64,000 bases of DNA. Source: a bacterium. Lineage in GTDB: Bacteria; Bacillota; Clostridia; Lachnospirales; Lachnospiraceae. The stretch lies in contig JAUNGE010000004.1 in assembly GCA_030524675.1 (NCBI GenBank), forward strand, positions 29,369 to 93,368, in the 5' to 3' direction. The position numbers and the translations under genes are program-made. Under the pieces are notes generated by a model, which was not told the origin of the DNA, made no database searches, and was given only the letters and a program-made list of their open reading frames with translations. Below, piece after piece: positions 19,543-29,365 of the stretch (within the stretch, counting starts at the first letter, position 1; each line of letters starts with the position of its first letter).

Positions 19543-22500
19543 TCACTGGATACGTTCTTTTCTTTTCAGATAAATAGTGGGCAGCAGCACCGCTGTCTCA
19601 TGTTGGTCTTTTTCCCCCTTCCACGCGACAACAAAGCGGACTTCTGCGGCATATGGTTCATATCCGTTTTTCTCAAGCCTCTCCAGATTCGCATTGCAGG
19701 CCCTGGATAACTTTGCTGCCGGCTGCACACGCCCTGGCTGTAGGTTTTCTGGCTGCCGCCTTTCCGACTGCGGAGTGGTTTCTGCCATCAGATACCCGTT
19801 TTTCAAAGACAGCGGATGACCGCTGTGCAATTTGAAAATCAGCTCTTTCTTCCCTTTAAAAAAGTCCAGCACCACATCCCTGTGCGTCAGCTGCAGCGCA
19901 ATCTCTTCCGGCGGTGCATAGGAGCACGTATCTTCCACTTTCTCCACACCAGGAACCTTTAGAAAATCAAACAAAGTTCCATTATAATGAATATACAGTG
20001 CATGTTTTGCTCTTGTCATGCCCACATACAGTTTCCTCCTGTCCTCATCCCGCTGCACCGATACCTGATTCAGCATCATATACACGGTGTCAAACTCACG
20101 CCCTTTTGCCTTGTGGATGGTCGAGACATACATACAGTCCTTTCTGTCCGAATAAAAGTCTTCAAATTTCGACTCTCTGATAAACTCCTCCAGGTCACTC
20201 CTATATTTTGCCGGATAAATCTTCTCAAAATCAGTCAGCATGTTCATGCAGTTTTCGAGGCAGGTGCTGTCGGCATACACTGTGCTCAACCGGTTCTTTG
20301 CGGTCTGCCACAGCAAATTCGAAATCACAGGGGAAGTCAGCCTTTTGTCAATGATGGTGAGAAAGAACCGGATTTCCACCAAATTATAAAGTGAGAATCC
20401 ATCCATGGACTGAATCAGCTTTGCCCGAATTCCCTTCTGAAGCAGACCACCCAGAATGCAGAGCGCCTCATCGTTCGTGTTTGTCAAAATACAGGCTTTT
20501 CCGCCCTCATAGGTGCGCACCACCTGCGCAATCACTGGTTCTTCCAGATGCATCCCACTGTGATGGACCAGCTGCACGATGCCGTCTTCTTTCTGCACCG
20601 CTATAGCCTGGTTTGTCTTCATGCGGTTTCTGAGAGTCTTTGCAAACACATTGGAGAACGCGATGATATTGGCCTTACTTCTGTAATTTTCGTTCATCTC
20701 ATAGAGGGTGGCGCCGTACTCTGTCACAAACGACTTCAAATATCTGGAGTCTGAGCCGCGGAATTCATAGATATTCTGGTCATCATCCCCGACCGCAATC
20801 ACTCGCATCTCCTCATTTCGCTGCATCAGGGCCTCAATCAGTGCAAACTCGTTCTCATCCATGTCCTGCGCTTCGTCAATCACCAGAACACTCTTGGAAA
20901 TCCTGCCTGGCTCCACCTCGCCGTTTCGAATCAGCTCGGTCGCGTTTTTGACGACATCCTCTACACCCTCCAGGCTTCCGATTTTTCCCAGAAGGTCAAA
21001 ACAGTAGGAATGAAATGTCTTGATATCCACAAATCCGGCGGCATTTCCAATCAGAGCGAGCAGGCGCTTTTTGAACTCCGTCGCAGCCGCGCGCGAAAAT
21101 GTGACCATCAGAAGTTGGTCGTGCTTCACATCCTCGAGCAGAAGCAGGGATGCCAGTTTATGGACAAGCACGCGGGTTTTTCCGCTCCCTGGCCCTGCTG
21201 CCACCACAATATATTTTGACTGTGCATCATGGATGATACCAGACTGCACCTCGGACAACTCACAGAACAGCTTTTTATATTTTTCCGGTGTGATATTCCG
21301 GTCAATCTCCTTCGCGCGCTCTCCCTTAAAATACCTGGAAATAAATTTTTTAAAATCCATCTGAAAATAGTCCTGCACAAACTGCAGAGCCGCATCGTAG
21401 TCGCGCACCATCAAGTTCGCATACTCTCCCACAATGTGAATCTGGCGAATTTTCTGCCTGTAAAACTCATCCAGCATCCGGTAATCATCCACCTTGTAGC
21501 GGATTTTGTTGTCAAACACTTTTCGTTTGATTTCCATTGCATTGTACAGAACCAGAAAACCGCCCTCCAACCGCATGGCACCGATTTTGGAGAGATACAG
21601 CAGTGCGTCCTCCATGTCGGCCAGAGTCACTGGTGCCGTCCCTACATCCAGCCTCGGGGTATCTCTGTACTCCTGATACAGTCCCAACAGGGAAAACTGC
21701 ACCAGAACTTCTTCCGTATCGCCCGTGCGGGGTATGGTGCGTCTCGCTTTCTCAAAGAGATTTTCCACAATAAAATGACAGATATCGATTCTCCGGTAAA
21801 ATTTCTCCAGCATTTTTTCAGGCTCTAAGGCAGGCGATGTCTGTATGTACTGCTGGGCGCTGTTCTCCTGCTTAAAAATATAATTCTTTATTGTCAGATA
21901 ATACAGAATCGTGCGGATATTTTTCACGCTCGAGGATGATACGCCCGCCTGAATCGCCTCCCCGTTCAGCTCCTTTAAGTGCAGCTCGCAGCCTTCCTTT
22001 CCAATCCGCGAGAAAACAAACTGCTCCAAGTGAGCGAACTTGTCCAGAACCTGTGCTGTTTTATTCTCGGAATCGCTGCGCAGGATATAGGCTGACATAT
22101 CCCTGGAATCCGCCAGCAGACCGTCCTCACGCATCCGGTTCACTGCCTCAATCACTTCCTCCTTCGTCAATCCGAGCGTGTCTGCCAGATAGTCGATGCG
22201 CGACTCTGCTTCCTCATTTCCCGCTTTCGCAATGCTGCGGCTGGAAATCAGCGATTTTATGATGCGTCTGGCATTCTGCCTCTCGCTGTCAGAGGTAAAC
22301 AGCGGCGACATGTCAATGCGACAGCCCGCCTCCTCCATATTTTTCGCGAGAATGCTGGTCGCGTAGACTCTGGGAACATTATTTCCGCGCGTGATGTATC
22401 CTGCTGTCTCCAGCGCCGCGATGGCAGTCTTCACTCTCGTCTCGATATCCACGCCCGTGTCATCCCAGCCAGCCTGTCTGGCAATTTCTAACGGGGAGCA

Positions 22501-24438
22501 GCAGATACGGGGACGTTGTTTTGTCAGGTCTTTTATCGCCTTCCAGACCTGCTGAATTTCACTCATGCTCAGTTTGGTCTGATTCAGCAGAATAAAATGC
22601 TTGTCGAGGTCGCTGTCATTGAACAAAACATAGCAGTCCGCCTGCAGAGACGGATCGCGCCCTGCTCTCCCTGCCTCCTGCACGTAGTTTTCCAGGGAGT
22701 CCGAGATGTCATAGTGAACCACCAGGCGGACGTCCTTCTTGTCAACGCCCATACCAAAGGCGGAAGTTGCCACAATGACCTGTATTTCATTGCGGATAAA
22801 CGCCTCCTGATTGGCAATTTTGTCTTTGGCATCCATCTTTCCATAGAAGGGTTTCGCCGTAAATCCGTCATTTGTCAGCTTCTCCGCGAGTGCTTTCGTG
22901 CGCTTCGTCCTAGAAACGTACACAATCGCAGGGCAGTTTTTCTGCTCAATCAGACTGCGCAGGGCAATGTATTTCTCCTCCTCCGTTTCCTTGTACAGCA
23001 CAGTATAATGCAGGTTTTCTCTCGCTGCCGAGGAAGTAAACAGCTCCAGGTCCAGATCCAGTTTTTTCTTAAAATAGTCACAGATATCGGTGATAACTTT
23101 CTGTTTTGCCGTTGCGGTAAAGCAGGAGACAGAAACCGGTGTTTCGTCCTGCTTTTTTTCCTGGAGTTTCCGTATAAAATCTCCGATATACAGGTAGTCC
23201 ACGCGAAAATCCTGTCCCCAGGCCGAAAAGCAGTGTGCCTCATCGATGACAAAACGCACAATATTCCGAGACAGCAGCATTTTTTCGACCGTTTTTGAGC
23301 GCAGCTGTTCCGGCGAAATATACAGAAGACTGGCAGAGCCATTCTCCACACGCCGATAGGCATCGGCGCGCTCAATCGGACTCAAAAGCCCATTCACAGT
23401 CACAGCATCCACAATGCCGATTCGATTCAGATTGTCCACCTGGTCTTTCATTAACGACTGCAGCGGCGAAATCACGACTGTCAGGCCATGGCAGGCATGT
23501 CCCGCCATCAGAGCGGGCAGCTGAAATGTGATGGATTTGCCGCCTCCTGTCGGAAACACCGCGAGAAGTGACTTTCCATCCACGGCGGCCTGCGCTGCCT
23601 GTTCCTGCAGCGGTTCTCCCTGATAGGTGCGGAAATTGTCATAGCCAAAATACTGTTTCAGGCCCTTATGGACATCGAGCTGACTGTCACAGTAGGGACA
23701 GCCCTCTTTGCAGGGAGTATTGCGCAGCACCTTCATCACATTTTCAATCCTTGGATAATTCTTCAGAAGCCATGGCGGTGTGATGGAGTGAGCATCTCCG
23801 GTTCCGATGAGTGACAGCGTGTAGGCGAGCTCGACCGGATACTGCTTTATCAGCGCGCCAATGTCGGCATTCGTACACAGCATCCCATCGTACTCTTTCA
23901 GAATGAGCGACAGCGTGTCAAAGACATAGGGCCGAAAATCCACGTAGGCAAAAAAGTCTCTGAACTCCTCATGTGCATGCAGAAGACTGTAAAAAATCTG
24001 CTGTATTTTAAATGGCAGCGCGCTGAACACATTCACTTCATCATAGAACAAATCCTCCGCCTTCTTTGCATCGTTGACCGGATTATTCAACTCCTCCACC
24101 TGCAGCTTGTCGTCTTTCAAAAGTGCGTGATAGGGCTTTCTCGGAAATAAAAGAGGCGACCAGTACAAAGTGTCAATCACCCGCATGCGGTCTGCTTTGC
24201 TTGTATCTAAGTGCATATCAAAGTTTCTATCAAAACTCATATGAGGCATCAGATATTTCAAGTCATGGTGAATCACGTTATGTCCGCACAAGAACTGCGA
24301 TCCGGCAAGGAAAGCAGAAAAGTCGGATACTTTTGGAGAGTGAAATACTACACCGTCACTTCTGACTGCCCCTATGTCATATATTTTCTTGTCCTCCGCA
24401 CCAATCTCACTGTCAATAAAGATAATCGTTTTCCTCAT
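19543..24438 (-). CDS. three-domain fusion protein: DEDD-type 3'-5' exonuclease + RecQ-family helicase + UvrD/PcrA-type helicase (1631 aa)
   Basis: Start moved to MRKTIIFIDSE (ATG 24438) after AAGGAGGGG. Exonuclease motifs: IIFIDSEI, GHNVIHHDLKYL. RecQ motifs: FPTGGGKS, FVIDEAHCFSAWGQDFRVDY, QEAGRAGRD. UvrD motifs: AAGPGSGKT, VLVIDEAQDMD, VGDDDQNIYEFRGS, TIHKAKGREFD, LYVGMTRAKHAL. Confidence 0.85.
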   Translation of the reverse strand: MRKTIIFIDSEIGAEDKKIYDIGAVRSDGVVFHSPKVSDFSAFLAGSQFLCGHNVIHHDLKYLMPHMSFDRNFDMHLDTSKADRMRVIDTLYWSPLLFPRKPYHALLKDDKLQVEELNNPVNDAKKAEDLFYDEVNVFSALPFKIQQIFYSLLHAHEEFRDFFAYVDFRPYVFDTLSLILKEYDGMLCTNADIGALIKQYPVELAYTLSLIGTGDAHSITPPWLLKNYPRIENVMKVLRNTPCKEGCPYCDSQLDVHKGLKQYFGYDNFRTYQGEPLQEQAAQAAVDGKSLLAVFPTGGGKSITFQLPALMAGHACHGLTVVISPLQSLMKDQVDNLNRIGIVDAVTVNGLLSPIERADAYRRVENGSASLLYISPEQLRSKTVEKMLLSRNIVRFVIDEAHCFSAWGQDFRVDYLYIGDFIRKLQEKKQDETPVSVSCFTATAKQKVITDICDYFKKKLDLDLELFTSSAARENLHYTVLYKETEEEKYIALRSLIEQKNCPAIVYVSRTKRTKALAEKLTNDGFTAKPFYGKMDAKDKIANQEAFIRNEIQVIVATSAFGMGVDKKDVRLVVHYDISDSLENYVQEAGRAGRDPSLQADCYVLFNDSDLDKHFILLNQTKLSMSEIQQVWKAIKDLTKQRPRICCSPLEIARQAGWDDTGVDIETRVKTAIAALETAGYITRGNNVPRVYATSILAKNMEEAGCRIDMSPLFTSDSERQNARRIIKSLISSRSIAKAGNEEAESRIDYLADTLGLTKEEVIEAVNRMREDGLLADSRDMSAYILRSDSENKTAQVLDKFAHLEQFVFSRIGKEGCELHLKELNGEAIQAGVSSSSVKNIRTILYYLTIKNYIFKQENSAQQYIQTSPALEPEKMLEKFYRRIDICHFIVENLFEKARRTIPRTGDTEEVLVQFSLLGLYQEYRDTPRLDVGTAPVTLADMEDALLYLSKIGAMRLEGGFLVLYNAMEIKRKVFDNKIRYKVDDYRMLDEFYRQKIRQIHIVGEYANLMVRDYDAALQFVQDYFQMDFKKFISRYFKGERAKEIDRNITPEKYKKLFCELSEVQSGIIHDAQSKYIVVAAGPGSGKTRVLVHKLASLLLLEDVKHDQLLMVTFSRAAATEFKKRLLALIGNAAGFVDIKTFHSYCFDLLGKIGSLEGVEDVVKNATELIRNGEVEPGRISKSVLVIDEAQDMDENEFALIEALMQRNEEMRVIAVGDDDQNIYEFRGSDSRYLKSFVTEYGATLYEMNENYRSKANIIAFSNVFAKTLRNRMKTNQAIAVQKEDGIVQLVHHSGMHLEEPVIAQVVRTYEGGKACILTNTNDEALCILGGLLQKGIRAKLIQSMDGFSLYNLVEIRFFLTIIDKRLTSPVISNLLWQTAKNRLSTVYADSTCLENCMNMLTDFEKIYPAKYRSDLEEFIRESKFEDFYSDRKDCMYVSTIHKAKGREFDTVYMMLNQVSVQRDEDRRKLYVGMTRAKHALYIHYNGTLFDFLKVPGVEKVEDTCSYAPPEEIALQLTHRDVVLDFFKGKKELIFKLHSGHPLSLKNGYLMAETTPQSERRQPENLQPGRVQPAAKLSRACNANLERLEKNGYEPYAAEVRFVVAWKGEKDQHETAVLLPTIYLKRKERIQ

Positions 24439-24499
24439 CCGAATCCCCTCCTTATTTCTTCTTATGGTATTTTGCTGCTTTTGAATATGGAATATCTCC

Positions 24500-24528
24500 A
24501 TTGTATGGGAACCTTTTAGAACAATCAA
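24500..24528 (-). promoter_or_regulatory. candidate sigma-A promoter of the helicase gene
   Basis: In the minus sense: TTGATT, 17 nt, TACAAT, about 60 nt upstream of the ATG. Confidence 0.4.
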
Positions 24529-24590
24529 TGAAAATCGTGTGAATTTATGTCAATTTTTTCTCTTTTTTGTTTTTTTGCTCTTTTTGTCCC

Positions 24591-24788
24591 AAAATCATTC
24601 ATAATCCGCTCGCTTCGCCCATTCCATGTTCCAACGTCACCGCGCTCTCGCTCAATGAAGAACACAGCAGACACTAGGCTCGAAAATACCCACTCTGTGA
24701 ACTTTTTCACTAAGCTCGTAGAAAACCTCGCTAAGTGTTCAATGCTTCGCCAAGCGCTGGTGTTCTTCAATGGAATTCCATTTGGAGG
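24591..24788. repeat. mosaic repeat: a 21-nt core shared with the MITE (24591-24611) joined to a copy of the long-hairpin element (24629-24788)
   Basis: AAAATCATTCATAATCCGCTC matches the MITE interior AAAAACATTCATAATCCGCTC. The remainder aligns with the reverse complement of 29366-29527 apart from a 38-nt internal duplication. Confidence 0.7.
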
Positions 24789-24914
24789 TTTCTACCATTC
24801 GCTGCAAATTATATCAGATGTAAGACTGCATTTTCCCATACTATGAATTTGTCGTTCACCATTTAACATTCCACATCTGTGATATATAATTATATCCGTG
24901 ATACATGATACTTG

Positions 24915-24995
24915 TAAAAAAATATACAGGGCAGTTTTCCAAGTCATGCATAAAAGAATGCACATGAAACACTGCCCTGTATGTTCTATTTTTTG
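24915..24995. terminator. bidirectional rho-independent terminator (serves the ABC-F gene on the minus strand)
   Basis: ATACAGGGCAGT...ACTGCCCTGTAT stem, with an A-run on one side and a T-run on the other. Confidence 0.7.
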
Positions 24996-25048
24996 TGTTG
25001 TATAACGAACTCTTTTTTAATATTTCTAATACCCGTTTCCGATATTCT

Positions 25049-26686
25049 TTAGTTATCTTTTTCCTCAGACTCTGCCATCGTAAAAGTAAATCTCTTACGC
25101 GCCATCTCGTCGCTGTCCAGATACTCATCGTAAGTTGTAATCTTGTCTACCAGCTTGCCGTTGATAATCTCCATGATACGGTTTGCTGTAGTCTGTACAA
25201 TCTGGTGGTCACGAGAGGAGAACAGAATAACGCCTGGGAACTTCATCATACCATTGTTCAATGCTGTGATAGCTTCCATGTCCAGATGGTCGGTCGGCTC
25301 ATCCAAAATCAGCACGTTGGAACCAGAAATCATCATCTTGGAGAGCATGCAGCGCACTTTCTCACCACCAGAAAGAACTTTCACGCGCTTCATGCCGTCC
25401 TCACCTGCAAACAGCATACGTCCCAGGAAACCGCGCACATAGGTCGCATCCTTAATCTCAGAATACTGCGTCAGCCAGTCCACAATCGTGTCATCGTTGT
25501 TAAACTCTGCACTGTTGTCCTTCGGGAAATATGCCTGTGTGGTCGTGACGCCCCACTTATAATGCCCCTCATCCGGCTCCATCTCGCCAGCTAGAATCTT
25601 AAACAGTGTTGTCTTTGCCAGCTCATTCGGGCCAACAAAAGCCACCTTGTCCTCTCTTCCAAGAATAAAGGAGATGTGGTCTAACACCTTCACACCGTTG
25701 ATGGTCTTTGTCAGATTCTCTACTGTCAAAACTTCGTTTCCGATTTCTCTGTTCGGGCGGAAATCAATGTATGGATACTTACGGCTGGACGGTTTGATTT
25801 CATCCAACTCAATCTTCTCCAGAGCGCGCTTTCTGGAAGTCGCCTGCTTGGACTTTGACGCATTGGCGGAGAATCTTTGGATAAATTCCTGCAATTCCTT
25901 GATTTTTTCCTCTTTCTTGCGGTTTGCTTCCTTCATCTGACGAATCATCAGCTGGCTGGACTCATACCAGAAATCATAGTTTCCAGCATAGAGCTGAATC
26001 TTTCCGTAGTCGATGTCCGCTGTGTGCGTACAAACTTTATTCAAAAAATAGCGGTCATGGGATACTACGATAACGGTATTCTCAAAGTTAATCAAAAACT
26101 CCTCAAGCCATGCAATCGCATCCAAATCCAGATGGTTGGTCGGCTCGTCGAGGAGCAGGATATCCGGATTTCCAAACAATGCTTGCGCCAGCAGCACTTT
26201 CACCTTCTGCGGACCTGTCAGGTCCTTCACCTGTACATAGTGAAATTCCGGCTCGATTCCCAAACCATTCAGCATATTCTCTGCGTCGGACTCTGCCTCC
26301 CACCCGTTCATAGTGGCAAACTCGCCCTCCAGCTCTGCCGCCTTGATACCATCCTCATCTGTGAAATCTTCCTTCATATAGATAGCATCTTTTTCCTTCA
26401 TAATCTCGTACAGTCTCGCATTTCCCATAATGACCGTATCCAGCACAGAATACTCATCATATTTGAAATGGTCCTGCTGCAAGAAAGAAAGTCTCTGTCC
26501 AGGTGTGATGACAATATCTCCGCTGGTCGGCTCCAACTGGCCGGACAGAATCTTCAAAAAGGTGGATTTTCCGGCGCCGTTGGCGCCAATCAATCCATAA
26601 CAGTTTCCCTCCGTAAATTTGATGTTTACATCTTCAAATAATGCTTTCTTGCCGATACGCAGAGTCACGTTATTTGCACTAATCAT
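25049..26686 (-). CDS. ABC-F family ATPase (two ABC cassettes, no membrane domain)
   Basis: 545 aa. Walker A GANGAGKST and GPNELAKTT, LLLDEPTNHLD and LILDEPTDHLD, and a Lys/Glu-rich inter-domain linker. Confidence 0.85.
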   Translation of the reverse strand: MISANNVTLRIGKKALFEDVNIKFTEGNCYGLIGANGAGKSTFLKILSGQLEPTSGDIVITPGQRLSFLQQDHFKYDEYSVLDTVIMGNARLYEIMKEKDAIYMKEDFTDEDGIKAAELEGEFATMNGWEAESDAENMLNGLGIEPEFHYVQVKDLTGPQKVKVLLAQALFGNPDILLLDEPTNHLDLDAIAWLEEFLINFENTVIVVSHDRYFLNKVCTHTADIDYGKIQLYAGNYDFWYESSQLMIRQMKEANRKKEEKIKELQEFIQRFSANASKSKQATSRKRALEKIELDEIKPSSRKYPYIDFRPNREIGNEVLTVENLTKTINGVKVLDHISFILGREDKVAFVGPNELAKTTLFKILAGEMEPDEGHYKWGVTTTQAYFPKDNSAEFNNDDTIVDWLTQYSEIKDATYVRGFLGRMLFAGEDGMKRVKVLSGGEKVRCMLSKMMISGSNVLILDEPTDHLDMEAITALNNGMMKFPGVILFSSRDHQIVQTTANRIMEIINGKLVDKITTYDEYLDSDEMARKRFTFTMAESEEKDN

Positions 26687-26748
26687 TTTATTTCTTTCCT
26701 TTCCAGCTCATATGGCTCTTCGCTCTTACTCTACTGCTTCTATCCTAT

Positions 26749-28335
26749 TTACTTTATTTCCTGCTCTGTTTCTGCTTCGCTTTTTTCTGCCTCTTTTGCC
26801 TTTGCTTCCTCAGCTTTTTTTCTCTTTCTCTCATCTGGAAATCTTCCGAAGGTATCTACCAGATAACACAGCATGTCAATCTCACCTTGCTGAATCTGAT
26901 TTGGTTTCATTCTCCATCTCCAGTTTCCTCCGAGAGTGCTCGGCGCATTCATTCTCGCGCTGTTACCCAGTTTCAGCAAATCCTGTACCTGGAAAATCGC
27001 TACGCTCGCGCAGGATGCATACAGGGCGCGGAATACGCGGTACACCACTTCATCTTTGTGCTTTGCTTCCAGATAATCTGCGATAAACTGCAGCTCCCAC
27101 CATTCTCTGTGACTCTCATTGAAGAAGCCCACCAGAGTTTCATTGTCATGCGTGCCGCCGTAAACCACCAGGTTTGGCTCATACATATGCGGCAGATGCT
27201 CATTGAAACGGTCTCCGCCAAAGCCAAACTCCATCACCTTCATTCCTGGATATCCAGTCTCTGCCAGAAGCTCCTTCGCCTCCGGACACTCCACTCCCAA
27301 ATCTTCTGCAATAATCTTTGCATCACCGATTACGGAATTGATGGCGTCTGTCAATTTCTTTCCAGGTCCTTTGTGCCACTTTCCAGTCTTTCCGTCCTTC
27401 GCACCATATGGAATCGCATAATACTGTACCACACCGATAAAGTGGTCGATTCGGATTACATCGTACAGCTTTGCAGATGCTTTCATTCTCTCTTTCCACC
27501 ACGCAAAATCAGTCTTTTCAATATAATCCCAGTCATACAATGGATTTCCCCACAGCTGTCCGTCATCAGAAAACGCATCGGGCGGAACTCCTGCGACATT
27601 CACCGGCGTCAGATTTACCTCATCCAACTGGAACAGTTCTGTATGCGTCCAGACATCTGCGCTGTCCATCGCCAGATAAATCGGAATATCTCCGATGATG
27701 CGAATATCATTCTCATGTGCATACGCGCGCAGTTTTTTCCACTGACTGAAAAACTTAAACTGCATGAACATCCAGTAATCAATATCATCTTTCAGCTGCT
27801 CGCCGTATTTCTTCAATGCTTCCGGTTTGCGCCGGCGGATATCCTCCGGCCAGGACAGCCATGACTGATACTCAAAATGCATTTTGCAGGCCATATACAG
27901 CGCATAATCGTACAGCCATCCCTTCTGTTCTTCACAGAACGCCTTATATTCCTCTGTGTCTTTGTGCGCGCTCTTCTCATACGCCTTTCTCAGGAGCGGA
28001 TAGCGATAATAGTAGATAGCATCATATGATACTTTCGATGCATCCTCTCCCCAGAAACAGGAATTGATTTCTTCCTGTGTCAGGAGATGTTCCTCTTTCA
28101 GCATATCCAGGTCAATAAAATACGGATTACCTGCAAACGCAGAGTAAGACTGATATGGGCTGTCTCCATAACTGGTCGGTCCCATCGGAAGTACCTGCCA
28201 GTACATCTGTCTTCCCTTTTTCAGAGTGTCCACAAAATCATAGGCTGCTTTTCCAAACGTTCCAATTCCATATGGAGACGGAAGGCTGGAAATCGGCATC
28301 AAAAGACCGGCGCCTCTCTCAAGCATTGTTTTCAT
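26749..28335 (-). CDS. malQ: 4-alpha-glucanotransferase (amylomaltase, GH77)
   Basis: 528 aa. RGAGLLMPISSLPSPYGIGTFG, GDSPYQSYSAFAGNPYFID, IIGDIPIY and IRIDHF. Has a Lys/Glu-rich C-terminal tail. Confidence 0.85.
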   Translation of the reverse strand: MKTMLERGAGLLMPISSLPSPYGIGTFGKAAYDFVDTLKKGRQMYWQVLPMGPTSYGDSPYQSYSAFAGNPYFIDLDMLKEEHLLTQEEINSCFWGEDASKVSYDAIYYYRYPLLRKAYEKSAHKDTEEYKAFCEEQKGWLYDYALYMACKMHFEYQSWLSWPEDIRRRKPEALKKYGEQLKDDIDYWMFMQFKFFSQWKKLRAYAHENDIRIIGDIPIYLAMDSADVWTHTELFQLDEVNLTPVNVAGVPPDAFSDDGQLWGNPLYDWDYIEKTDFAWWKERMKASAKLYDVIRIDHFIGVVQYYAIPYGAKDGKTGKWHKGPGKKLTDAINSVIGDAKIIAEDLGVECPEAKELLAETGYPGMKVMEFGFGGDRFNEHLPHMYEPNLVVYGGTHDNETLVGFFNESHREWWELQFIADYLEAKHKDEVVYRVFRALYASCASVAIFQVQDLLKLGNSARMNAPSTLGGNWRWRMKPNQIQQGEIDMLCYLVDTFGRFPDERKRKKAEEAKAKEAEKSEAETEQEIK

Positions 28336-28365
28336 ACGTTTCTCTTCCCTTCATTTTCCTCTTTT

Positions 28366-29061
28366 CTATTCCAGCAGCGCACACAATTCTCTCAAATCCT
28401 GAATCTCGTATGTCACTGGTATCGTCTCATCCCGTAAAATTCCTGTCGGATTGTACCAGCAGGTATCAATCCCTGCGTTTCGCCCGCCTGCCATATCCGA
28501 TGATAAGGAATCCCCTATCAGAAGAATCTCCTCCCGCTTCATATCTGGCAGCTGGCGCAGACATTCCTCAAAAAACCTCTTGTCCGGCTTTGTGTAACCG
28601 ATTTCCTCCGACAAAAAAATCTGCCGGAAATACTTTTGGAAACCACAAATGCCCAATCTTCCATACTGCACCTGCGTGTTTCCGTTGCTGACTACATAGA
28701 GTGGATATCGACTTCCAAGTTCCTGCAGCACGGCCTGGGCGCCTGCAATCGGAATCGCAGCCTGCGAGAGATAGTTCCGGTATATCCGATTTTCCTCTCC
28801 ATCTGCTTTTTCTTTCAATCCCACTGCATCAAAAAACTGCACAAAACGCTCGCTCTGCAGTTTTTCGCGCGTAATCTCCCCGCGCTCGAGCATTTTCCAC
28901 ATGGACGCATTGATATGGTGATAACACTGGATGTACTCTTCCCGAATTTCTATGCCCCTGTCCCTCAAAAGCAGCCCCAAAGCTTCTCTCTCGGCAGCAT
29001 CAAAATCCAGAAGCGTACCATCCACATCAAAAAATAAAGCGTTATATTGTTTCTGCTGCAT
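28366..29061 (-). CDS. HAD-superfamily hydrolase (YjjG-like nucleotidase subfamily)
   Basis: Start moved to MQQKQYNALFFDVDGTLLDF (ATG 29061) after GGAGGAAAAA. Motif I is DVDGT; the late motif is GDSLSSDMAGG. Confidence 0.8.
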   Translation of the reverse strand: MQQKQYNALFFDVDGTLLDFDAAEREALGLLLRDRGIEIREEYIQCYHHINASMWKMLERGEITREKLQSERFVQFFDAVGLKEKADGEENRIYRNYLSQAAIPIAGAQAVLQELGSRYPLYVVSNGNTQVQYGRLGICGFQKYFRQIFLSEEIGYTKPDKRFFEECLRQLPDMKREEILLIGDSLSSDMAGGRNAGIDTCWYNPTGILRDETIPVTYEIQDLRELCALLE

Positions 29062-29134
29062 TTTTTCCTCCGACACACCTCTCTATCATACTACGCCAAG
29101 CTGGTTTTTGTCTATCTTTTCTTTCTATACAGAT

Positions 29135-29343
29135 GATGTTGAGGTCAAATATAAAATTTGACCTTTGATATCACGAATTGCTCCGTGCTTCGCACTCACG
29201 CAATTCTAAAACACGCCAAATCCGCTCATTTTTCTACGAAAAATGGCTACTTTTTGGTGTTTTGGCGGGTCAACTGGACAAAAATCCTCCTGCAAGCAAG
29301 CTTGCATCGGATTTTATGTCTATTTGACCCTGATATCTATACA
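29135..29343. repeat. MITE-like structured intergenic repeat, copy C (divergent, about 209 bp)
   Basis: Collinear with copy B, with many substitutions that preserve the hairpins (for example GAATTGC...GCAATTC and GTGC-TTC-GCAC). Confidence 0.8.
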
Positions 29344-29365
29344 ACATTCTGTGCACAAACCGGTT

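Noticed and set aside
24525-24846. 81-aa (minus) and 99-aa (plus) ORFs upstream of the helicase gene
   Set aside because: Both are read through the mosaic repeat and long-hairpin DNA, and equivalent repeat copies elsewhere are not open in the same frames. There is no ribosome-binding site.
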